The notes beneath the pieces were generated by a model. The model saw only the letters and a list, made by a program, of their open reading frames with translations, was not told the origin of the DNA and ran no database searches. The position numbers and the translations under genes were made by a program. Shown one piece after another: positions 18,252 through 26,006 of a stretch of 31,918 bases of DNA. Positions within the stretch are counted from its first letter, which is position 1; every line of letters starts with the position of its first letter. Source of the DNA: a virus (lineage: Duplodnaviria > Caudoviricetes); the IMG/VR virus record IMGVR_UViG_3300032313_001308, positions 1-31,918 of that record; one strand, 5' to 3'.

Positions 18252-19740
18252 GAGAGACTGCTCTTTGTTTGATTATTTCTAACGCTTCCCTATGTGTATA
18301 AAATTTCCCAGCTAGATCAGCTGCCTTAGTCAATGTCAATATGTTTTTGGTTTCCACTGAGTGTGCTGCCATATGTGCTTCAAATTTCTTTTTTATTTTA
18401 TTATTATCAAACATGCCTAGACCATGCATCACTTGTCCAAAATTCAGATAGGAAAACAATGCCATTGGTTCATTAAATAAATTTTTATTTGGATATCCTT
18501 TTTTAAAATATTCTAAATATTTTGCATTAAATGCTGTTGGAACTATTGCGTTTTTGCACCATTGCCAAAATTCACTATCATTGCGTTTTGTAAAATAATG
18601 CAATTGAATAAAATCAACAATATTCTCCGAAATACTTTTCATTTGTTTGTTATATCGTTCAGCTGTTAATTCTTCTCCTTTTTCGTAAAAAAATAAATCC
18701 GGACATAAAATCATCACTTGCTGAATTGTTGTTCCAATACTGCTTGCCTCCAAAGGTTCTACAAATATCCCGCTCAGACCAATCATAACGCAATTTTTGA
18801 TCCAGTAATTTTCTACATAGCCTGCTGTAAATTTAATTTTTTTGCCAATACTGAGTGAGTTCATAATGCCTAAATTATTTTTATAATGTTGGGACACTTC
18901 ATCATAGGCTTGCGTGTCGTTCATAAATGAATCACAAAATACGTATCCGTTACCATAACGATCTTGAGTTGGAATGCGCCAGACCCACCCACTGCTGAGT
19001 GCAGTTGCTTCTGTGTATGAAGGTATGGACTCGGTGTAGTCCGTTGGGAACGCAATGGCACTATTCATAGGCAATTGTTGCGAACAATCTATCCACTTTG
19101 CTTTTAATTTACTGCCAATAACTCTTTGAAAACCACTGCAGTCAATATAAAATTCATATGTGTGTTTGATATCGGTCACATCTAATAATTCTTTCACATA
19201 CCCTTGATGATCCAGTATGACTTCTTTTATTTCTGTATCTATCACTGTAATTTTCCTTGCTTTACAAATTTTGTGTAGGTAAGTGTTAAGTTTATTTGTA
19301 TCAAAATGATATTGAGCCAGTATGTCATGCACAGGTTCTTGATGCATGCTGTCTGCAGCTTTTTCCCACATGGTATCTAATGGATTCCAATCTTCTCCAA
19401 TCATTTGCAACCAGATGAAAGGCAATCCGTGGACTCTTGACGTTGCTCCGTATTGATCACTCAAACTGTGAAAATAACTTTTGCCGTCACCATTCCAATC
19501 AGTAAATTTAATACCAATCTTAAACGTTGCTCCAGTTTCTTTCACCAAAGAAAATATATCAATATCAGCATGATTCATAAATCTACGCCAGTGCTCAGTT
19601 GATCCCTCACCAACACCGATAATGCCAATCTTTGAACTTTCAATTATGGTAATTTTAAGTTCAGGCCATGCTTTGCGCAAAATTAATGCGGCAATTAAAC
19701 CGCTAGTGCCACCTCCAAGAATGCAAACTGAATTGATCAT
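18235..19740 (-). CDS. Flavin-dependent halogenase family, copy C
   Basis: GGGTSG, IGVGEGS, ATFK, IDCSGF, GWVWRIP, FVEPLEASSI. Confidence 0.9.
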   Translation of the reverse strand: MINSVCILGGGTSGLIAALILRKAWPELKITIIESSKIGIIGVGEGSTEHWRRFMNHADIDIFSLVKETGATFKIGIKFTDWNGDGKSYFHSLSDQYGATSRVHGLPFIWLQMIGEDWNPLDTMWEKAADSMHQEPVHDILAQYHFDTNKLNTYLHKICKARKITVIDTEIKEVILDHQGYVKELLDVTDIKHTYEFYIDCSGFQRVIGSKLKAKWIDCSQQLPMNSAIAFPTDYTESIPSYTEATALSSGWVWRIPTQDRYGNGYVFCDSFMNDTQAYDEVSQHYKNNLGIMNSLSIGKKIKFTAGYVENYWIKNCVMIGLSGIFVEPLEASSIGTTIQQVMILCPDLFFYEKGEELTAERYNKQMKSISENIVDFIQLHYFTKRNDSEFWQWCKNAIVPTAFNAKYLEYFKKGYPNKNLFNEPMALFSYLNFGQVMHGLGMFDNNKIKKKFEAHMAAHSVETKNILTLTKAADLAGKFYTHREALEIIKQRAVSHEYKF

Positions 19741-21239
19741 AGTGTGTACACTATTCCTTTTGATTGTTGTTTAACAAGCTCAATGGCATTCTTATGTTTA
19801 ATCCATCCGTCTTTAGTCACACTATGCATTTGCTTGTAATTGCTCTCGCACCATTCTCTATATTGTGACCCGTATCGTAAATTGTATAACTCTTTAATTT
19901 TATCAGTATCAAACATTCTTAATCCGTGCATAACCTGTGCCCAGTTCAAGCAATCGTAAATTCTAAACAGAGACATCATGCCGTCTTCTGGCAACACTAT
20001 TTGATTGATAAAGTTTGTTTTAAAGTTTTCTATGTTTGCTTGATTGAAATCAGTCTTCTTTATATCATGCTTGCACCAGCGCCAAAATTTGGTATCTTCT
20101 CGCTGTGTAAAATAATGAAGTTGAATAAAATCTAACACGTTAAACATCATATCGTCAAATACTCTGTTGTACTCGTCAACAGTTGACGTATCATTTCGGT
20201 CCCAGTTCCATAACCCTGAAACTAATAATCTAGATTGTTGGATCACTGTTGATATACTACTGGCTTCCAGTGGTTCAACAAAGTTACTGCTAAGGCCGAT
20301 GCTTACACAGTTTTTGATCCATGCCTTGCTTATTTTACCTGATGTAAAGCTGATTTTTCTACCAATGTTAATTGTTTTTTTAAAATGTTTTTGTATCTCT
20401 TCGATCGCCTGATTTTCACTCACAAATTGATCACTGAACACATAACCGTTGCCAAATCTTCCTTGCACAGGACTACGCCAGTGCCAACCACTATCCATAG
20501 CCTTTGCTAGAGTGTACAGCGGGATATCATCTTGATCGGGAGTTTGAAATGCCACAGCACTATTCATCGGCAAGTGTGCAGACCAGTCAACCCATTTGGC
20601 ACCCAACTTAGACGAGATAACACGCTTGAACCCACTACTGTCAATAAAGAAGTCTGCGGCGTAATATTGATTGTTAGAGTCAACAATTGCCTGCACAAAC
20701 CCAGTGTTATCTATTACACAGTCTACGACTTCTGCTTCGACAATTTTTATGCCTCTTACAGTACATAGTTTTTCTAAGTATGCATTTAGTTTTTCACTAT
20801 CAAAGTGAAACTGATAATAATCAGTCAACGGTTCAGCAACCATGTTATCTTCAAGAGGCAGTTTCCAGTGCATGTCTTCGGCTTTTATACCGTCACCGAT
20901 CAGTCTCATAATAGTATGAGGCGCACCAGTAAATTGATCAAACCAAACATATCCTTCGGGCAAACTGTGGAAATAGCTGGTGCCATCGCCGTGCCAGTTT
21001 TCAAACTTAATACCAATTTTGATAGTTGCACCGCAGTGCTCGAGTAATTCTGTAAACCCAATCCCAACAGCACTAGCAAATCGTGTCCAGTGTTCAGTTG
21101 ACCCTTCGCCAACACCAATAGTTCCAATTTTACTGGACTTAACCAAGGTGATATCTAAGTCTGTAATAGATGCTTTAAGATATAATGCGTTCATTAAACC
21201 AGCATTGCCGCCACCTAACACACAAATTGAGTTTATCAT
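19737..21239 (-). CDS. Flavin-dependent halogenase family, copy B
   Basis: GGGNAG, IGVGEGS, ATIK, IDSSGF, GWHWRSP (variant), FVEPLEASSI; most similar to copy C. Confidence 0.9.
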   Translation of the reverse strand: MINSICVLGGGNAGLMNALYLKASITDLDITLVKSSKIGTIGVGEGSTEHWTRFASAVGIGFTELLEHCGATIKIGIKFENWHGDGTSYFHSLPEGYVWFDQFTGAPHTIMRLIGDGIKAEDMHWKLPLEDNMVAEPLTDYYQFHFDSEKLNAYLEKLCTVRGIKIVEAEVVDCVIDNTGFVQAIVDSNNQYYAADFFIDSSGFKRVISSKLGAKWVDWSAHLPMNSAVAFQTPDQDDIPLYTLAKAMDSGWHWRSPVQGRFGNGYVFSDQFVSENQAIEEIQKHFKKTINIGRKISFTSGKISKAWIKNCVSIGLSSNFVEPLEASSISTVIQQSRLLVSGLWNWDRNDTSTVDEYNRVFDDMMFNVLDFIQLHYFTQREDTKFWRWCKHDIKKTDFNQANIENFKTNFINQIVLPEDGMMSLFRIYDCLNWAQVMHGLRMFDTDKIKELYNLRYGSQYREWCESNYKQMHSVTKDGWIKHKNAIELVKQQSKGIVYTL

Positions 21240-21323
21240 AAGTCAGTTCGGATTGTAGTTATACAACACGCAAATATATATATATGCTGTTTTACACAAA
21301 TTATTAGCAGAACTGAAAGCATT

Positions 21324-21914
21324 ATGTCCGAAAAACAATTATGGCCTTTATTTTCGAAACCAGTTTTTAAAACACACGTGGACGTTTCCAAAGTGGATCT
21401 ATCCAACATCAAGTGGATAAAAAATTATGAAAATTGGATAAGTGCATCTCAACATGTGCTGGATGATCCTGCACTTACTGAATTTTCTAAACAAATTTCC
21501 GAAAACATTGCAGAATATTTTTATGGTATCCTAGGCGCCAGTCAAATGGTAAAAATGTATGTGACAGAAAGCTGGTTTAATAAAACTGAGCAAGGACAGA
21601 GTCATCATAGACACTGGCATCCCAATAGCATTTTATCCAGTGTGGTCTATTTGGACAGTGAGGGTGATAGTGGTCGAATAAAATTCATTACAAGCCAATA
21701 TGACACCATAGAATATAATATCGTTGAAAACAACATTTATAATTCACGCAGTTGGTCTGTGCTGCCCGAAGTGGGCACCATGCTAATATTTCCAAGCAAT
21801 GTAGAACATCTAGTAGAAACCTACAACGGCAATAGACCTAGATTAAGTTTGTCATTCAACACATTTGTTAAAGGAGACATAAATGTGGATTCTCTTACCA
21901 GACTTAAAATTTAA
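21324..21914 (+). CDS. Fe(II)/2OG oxygenase, TIGR02466-like
   Basis: LFSKPVF, ESWFN, HHRHWHPNSILSSVVY, IFPSNVEHLV, RLSLSFN. Confidence 0.88.
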   Translation: MSEKQLWPLFSKPVFKTHVDVSKVDLSNIKWIKNYENWISASQHVLDDPALTEFSKQISENIAEYFYGILGASQMVKMYVTESWFNKTEQGQSHHRHWHPNSILSSVVYLDSEGDSGRIKFITSQYDTIEYNIVENNIYNSRSWSVLPEVGTMLIFPSNVEHLVETYNGNRPRLSLSFNTFVKGDINVDSLTRLKI

Positions 21915-22741
21915 ATTTTATTCTTAGGATATTTTTTTCTAAAATAATCAAATAATTTAGAAATTATTTTGATCTTGTTCATTACGCTATCAGTTTTTGG
22001 GAATCTACTGTGATTGGAAAATGCATATGCATCTTCGATTTCTTGATCCACTGCAGTGGCCGTATCAACAATAAAATCAATATTTTTACTTTCCAAGAAT
22101 GAGCGATTGATCGGCACAAACTGCGCCAAAGGAGTACCTGCTTTGACCAGTGTTTCCCCTGCAACAATGTGCCAATACAGTTGAATACTAACAGCGTGCA
22201 TATATCTGGGATCCACTATGCCTGTTGCTGCACTGAATCTTTCTTCATTATTATATGTGACTGGAATTTGAAGCAATACTATGTCGTCGCTAGCTTTAAT
22301 ACGCCAAGGAGTTTCTACTTTGACTGCGCTATGATGATATTGTTTGTCACTGTGTGCATTCGCTTTAGGAATAATAGGTTCTGTCTGAGCAGGACTGTGC
22401 CAACTGACATAATAATCAGTGTTGCTGAATGTGTATTTGTCGCTGTGTCTCTTAAAAAGAAAAGGAGTTTCCCATGAGATATCAGCGGGCGTTGAGCCTG
22501 TCTTAATAATGAAATCAGCAGGCGCACATATCACATAACCTGTTTTTGTGATCTGCTTGATCGCTGGGCAGTTTAACACAGTCTGTTTGCCTTGTTCAGG
22601 ACGATTACGATCTGTGCCTGCGAGATTATTCCAATCTCGTTCCACTAATTTTGTTTGTATTACAGGATAAATTGTGGCAACGTTTTTATCCAATGAATAA
22701 AATCTAATCCAACTTTGATTTTTTTTAAAAAAATTAAACAT
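21911..22741 (-). CDS. Unknown-function protein, paralogue of 8391-9191
   Basis: IRFYS.D, NCPA, APADF, KVETPWRI, PVTYNNEERFSAA, KAGTPLAQFVP. ATG 22741 (MFNFFKK) is preferred over TTG 22750. Confidence 0.72.
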   Translation of the reverse strand: MFNFFKKNQSWIRFYSLDKNVATIYPVIQTKLVERDWNNLAGTDRNRPEQGKQTVLNCPAIKQITKTGYVICAPADFIIKTGSTPADISWETPFLFKRHSDKYTFSNTDYYVSWHSPAQTEPIIPKANAHSDKQYHHSAVKVETPWRIKASDDIVLLQIPVTYNNEERFSAATGIVDPRYMHAVSIQLYWHIVAGETLVKAGTPLAQFVPINRSFLESKNIDFIVDTATAVDQEIEDAYAFSNHSRFPKTDSVMNKIKIISKLFDYFRKKYPKNKI

Positions 22742-22801
22742 TATTTGCAACTTGTATGGTAAATTAACAGTTGAATTATATTAGGTATTAAGAACATACT
22801 G

Positions 22802-22807
22802 TATTTA
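22802..22807 (-). promoter_or_regulatory. Putative late promoter core TAAATA
   Basis: Minus-strand CTAAATAC about 60 nt upstream of ATG 22741. Confidence 0.4.
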
Positions 22808-22873
22808 GTTGCACAAATTTCATGTAAAAAAATCGTGATTTATCACAAATTATCACTGCGTGAATCACATATT

Positions 22874-22902
22874 TTGACATAAAAAGTTGTTATTGCTAGA
22901 AT
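22874..22902 (+). promoter_or_regulatory. Sigma70-type promoter
   Basis: TTGACA (22874-22879), 17-bp spacer, TAGAAT (22897-22902) with an extended -10 TG at 22894-22895. Confidence 0.6.
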
Positions 22903-22945
22903 ATAAACAGCAAAAAACAAATGCAGTGGTAAATTTTTTGTAAGG

Positions 22946-22951
22946 TAAATA
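22946..22951 (+). promoter_or_regulatory. Putative late promoter core TAAATA
   Basis: Lies 5 nt before ATG 22957, which would give a nearly leaderless transcript. Confidence 0.4.
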
Positions 22952-22956
22952 CATGT

Positions 22957-23373
22957 ATGTTTAATGTAAACAACTTATTTGGTAAAGGAGTCAAAAACAC
23001 TCTTCAGTTAAAAAATGGATTAAATTTTTCTGTAGGTGGTCCTTTTACAACGGTGCAGACCAACACTGTTATAGATAGATGGCAATTTACATCAATTTCA
23101 GCTGCTGAATATACCATATTAGTGGATTACAACACCACCAACAAAGAACTCATAAGATGCCTATTAGTGGGAGGTCCAGATTTGGCCACAGTGACCATAT
23201 ATGCTCGTGGTAATCTCGGCAATGAACTGATTGACCTCACAGCTTCTGTGAATGATTCTTACGTGGAAATATCTGCCACAGCAGCCACGGGAAGTAGTGG
23301 GCTTGTGTACTATGGTTCCAAGGTCACTTTTCAAGCCACCTACTTTGAAACTCTAAATCCGCTCTCACGCTAA
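22957..23373 (+). CDS. Small virion structural protein
   Basis: IDRWQFTSISAAEYTILV...TIYA...LTASVNDSYVEISAT resembles the beta domain repeated in large-myophage structural proteins. Confidence 0.65.
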   Translation: MFNVNNLFGKGVKNTLQLKNGLNFSVGGPFTTVQTNTVIDRWQFTSISAAEYTILVDYNTTNKELIRCLLVGGPDLATVTIYARGNLGNELIDLTASVNDSYVEISATAATGSSGLVYYGSKVTFQATYFETLNPLSR

Positions 23374-23392
23374 ATTGCACAACAACCTGCGC

Positions 23393-23398
23393 TAAATA
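23393..23398 (+). promoter_or_regulatory. Putative late promoter (GCTAAATA)
   Basis: Intergenic, 28 nt before ATG 23427; the same CGCTAAATA context recurs at 25423-25431. Confidence 0.55.
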
Positions 23399-23426
23399 CT
23401 ATAAATTTTACACGTATTGCTATATT

Positions 23427-25421
23427 ATGCCAGTAACATATAATACATTTAAATCTGAGGCTGGATTCGACGGTATTGCCGGAGGCGTGCAAGCCGGAGT
23501 TGGAGGCAAAATTGCCTATTATCCAGCTAACGGCACAGAGGTCGATGATCTTACAGCACTGACTTGGACTCCGGGCACAAACACACTTGCGATCTCTGGC
23601 ACATTAACAGCATCACAATTTATAGGTCCAGGCATAGGAGCAGTGCTGGGTGATACTCCACCACTTCAACCCTATGCACAATCAGGCACCATATGGTTTA
23701 ACACCAGTTCAGGCAAATTATACATCTATTATGACGATGGCACCAGCCAACAATGGGTGCAGCCCATGACTCCTAGTTATGGAGGAGGAGGAGGTGGAGG
23801 TGGCACAGTGGGCAATGGCGTTGCGGGAAGATTGGCGTATTATTCATCCAGTGGCAGCACAATAGATGATTTGTCTAATTTATCTTTTGCTTCCAATACA
23901 TTAAGTGTCACAGGCAGTATCAATGTTTCAGCACAAAAAAATTATGTAAGATTTCATTGGGATTCTCTAAATGATCTCAACAACGAAGCCAATCCTACCA
24001 CATGGCATGGAATGATAGCGCATGTGCATTCCACCGGTCGAGTGTATTTTGCGCATGCAGGTGCTTGGACTGCGTTAGCCAATCTATCAGATCTAGGCAG
24101 TGGGGTGTCTGGCATCCTAGCTGGTGACAACATCACCATTAGCAATAACAACGGAGTTGTGACCATTAATGCAGTGACAGGTGGCGGAGGTGGTGGAATT
24201 TCTTTAGAGGATGCTCAAGATGGAGCTGCTACTTTGTTTGCCAACGGTGCACATAACGGGATAACTTTTGTTTATAATGATGCCAACAATGCAATCAATG
24301 CCACTGTGAATGATGTAGCTTTGGGTTCTAGCACCAGTGGTAATTACGTGGCCAATGTTGCCACCGGCAATGGACTGACTGGAGGAGGAGTTGGATCCGA
24401 AGGAGCCAATTTAACTCTTGCCGTAGACACCACAGTGGTGACTACTTTGACAGGTTCACAAACATTAACCAACAAAACTATAAATGGCACATTAAACACC
24501 ATTACTAACATAGGCAATGCAGCTCTCACCAACAGTGCGATCACCATAAATGGCACTTCGGTTGCTTTGGGAGGCACTATCACAGTGACAGGATCAGGCG
24601 CAACAACTTTGGATTCTTTGACGGATGTGGTCATCACCAGTGCATCCAGTGGACAGGTTTTAAAATATAATGGAACAAATTGGATCAATGACACTGATGC
24701 CACAGGAGGTGGAGGAGCCAACACATTCAGTTCTTTCGCAGTAGCAGGTCAGTCCACAGTGGTTGCTGAAAACAGCACAGACACCCTCACACTGGCAGCT
24801 GGCTCTGGCATACAGATCACCACTGATTCTGGCCTTGATGTAATTACTATTACAAACAATGCATCTATTTTTAATACCATAGCAGTGGCAGGACAGAGTG
24901 ATGTGGTAGCAGACACCAGTTCAGACACGTTGACATTGGCTGCTGGTTCGGGCATCTCCATCACCACCAACAACACCACAGACACAATTACCCTCACAGC
25001 TTCCCTTGCGTTTACGGGTTTAACAGATTCTGCCAGTCTCACAATAGATAAAATATACATGCCTGCAATCACCATGCTCACAGTGACTGCCAACGGCTCT
25101 TCAAGTTACAGTTTTGATCAGTACACAGGCACCAACCCCACTATATATGCACTGAATGGAGCTACAATTGCATTTAATCTGACAGTCGGTGGAAGCCATC
25201 CGTTTTTAATACAAACCTCAGGTGGGGCAAATTATAACACCGGACTTGTGCATGTGAGCACCACTGGCACTGTGACCACTGGCTCTAGTGCACAGGGACA
25301 AACGTCAGGCACATTGTACTGGAAGATACCCAACAGTATTAATGGCAACTACAGATATATCTGCTCAAATCACGGTGTTATGACTGGCACCATTACAATC
25401 AAGGACTTTGTCAGCATATAA
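23427..25421 (+). CDS. Modular tail-fibre-like protein with C-terminal cupredoxin-like domain
   Basis: Fibre modules: GTIWFNTSSGKLYIYY..QWV, QTLTNKTI, LTNSAITING, LDSLTDVVI..GQVLKYNGTNW, duplicated AVAGQS.VVA...DTLTLAAGSGI.ITT, poly-Gly hinges. C-terminus has HPF...YICSNHGVMTGTI. Confidence 0.8.
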   Translation: MPVTYNTFKSEAGFDGIAGGVQAGVGGKIAYYPANGTEVDDLTALTWTPGTNTLAISGTLTASQFIGPGIGAVLGDTPPLQPYAQSGTIWFNTSSGKLYIYYDDGTSQQWVQPMTPSYGGGGGGGGTVGNGVAGRLAYYSSSGSTIDDLSNLSFASNTLSVTGSINVSAQKNYVRFHWDSLNDLNNEANPTTWHGMIAHVHSTGRVYFAHAGAWTALANLSDLGSGVSGILAGDNITISNNNGVVTINAVTGGGGGGISLEDAQDGAATLFANGAHNGITFVYNDANNAINATVNDVALGSSTSGNYVANVATGNGLTGGGVGSEGANLTLAVDTTVVTTLTGSQTLTNKTINGTLNTITNIGNAALTNSAITINGTSVALGGTITVTGSGATTLDSLTDVVITSASSGQVLKYNGTNWINDTDATGGGGANTFSSFAVAGQSTVVAENSTDTLTLAAGSGIQITTDSGLDVITITNNASIFNTIAVAGQSDVVADTSSDTLTLAAGSGISITTNNTTDTITLTASLAFTGLTDSASLTIDKIYMPAITMLTVTANGSSSYSFDQYTGTNPTIYALNGATIAFNLTVGGSHPFLIQTSGGANYNTGLVHVSTTGTVTTGSSAQGQTSGTLYWKIPNSINGNYRYICSNHGVMTGTITIKDFVSI

Positions 25422-25425
25422 ACGC

Positions 25426-25431
25426 TAAATA
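25426..25431 (+). promoter_or_regulatory. Putative late promoter (GCTAAATA)
   Basis: Lies 19 nt before ATG 25451. Confidence 0.55.
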
Positions 25432-25450
25432 TGGTATATAGAATAAAATT

Positions 25451-26002
25451 ATGGCAATAAACTTTCCTAATAATCCACTTGTAAATGACAGTCATACCGA
25501 AGGCAGCAGCACCTGGATATGGAACGGTATCACATGGGAGGTGCAGAATGTGGTGTCACCAAGTTTTGTAAACGTCACAGCATCAGGCACAATCACTGGC
25601 AACTTGAGTGGCAATGTCACTGGCAATGTCACTGGCAATGTCACTGGTAATTTGACAGGTAATGTCACTGGCAATATGGTGGGTAATGTGACCGGCAATT
25701 TAACAGGTAATTTAATTGGAAGTGCTGCCAGTGCTGCACAGTTGACCAACAGTAGAAATATCAACGGAGTACCTTTCAACGGCACAATTAATATCACTGT
25801 GCCAGCAGCAGCAGGCACTCTCGTTGGTACAGTGCTAAATGCTTCAGTCATTACTTCCAGTCTTACTAGCGTGGGCACACTGAATAATTTGACCGTGGCT
25901 AACAATGTGACTATAAATGCAACACCACAATTACCAACTCATGCAACCAACAAACGTTACACTGATTCGCGAGCTATTGCTTTTTCAGTGGCATTAAGTT
26001 AA
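25451..26002 (+). CDS. Short fibre-like virion protein with GN(V/L)T repeats
   Basis: MAINFP..P...TWIWNG..W anchor motif, G-N-x-x repeats, RNINGVPFNGT, SSLTSVGTL, HATNKRYTD. Confidence 0.78.
   Translation: MAINFPNNPLVNDSHTEGSSTWIWNGITWEVQNVVSPSFVNVTASGTITGNLSGNVTGNVTGNVTGNLTGNVTGNMVGNVTGNLTGNLIGSAASAAQLTNSRNINGVPFNGTINITVPAAAGTLVGTVLNASVITSSLTSVGTLNNLTVANNVTINATPQLPTHATNKRYTDSRAIAFSVALS
25598..25717 (+). repeat. 12-bp coding tandem repeat, 10 units of G-N-x-x
   Basis: GGCAATGTCACT is perfect three times at 25610-25645, flanked by degenerate units. Confidence 0.9.
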
Positions 26003-26006
26003 AACA

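Noticed and set aside
6803-21239. Pyrrolnitrin pathway and the gene symbol prnA
   Set aside because: No prnB/C/D-like genes are present; only family-level similarity is supportable.
16958-21258. Short ORFs overlapping the minus-strand halogenases
   Set aside because: No recognisable motifs; they lie within or largely overlap full-length enzyme genes.
9415-21914. Fe/2OG radical halogenases (SyrB2/WelO5/BesD type) among the oxygenases
   Set aside because: These need HxA or HxG; all twelve show HxD or HxH.
6803-22741. DNA hypermodification (TET/JBP-type) cluster
   Set aside because: No methyltransferase, glycosyltransferase, kinase or thymidylate-synthase-like gene was seen and the context is structural; not excluded for individual oxygenases.
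25598-25717. CRISPR array or N-glycosylation sequon array
   Set aside because: In-frame 12-bp coding repeat without spacers; GN(V/L)T repeats are a common fibre shaft motif and no glycosyltransferase is nearby.
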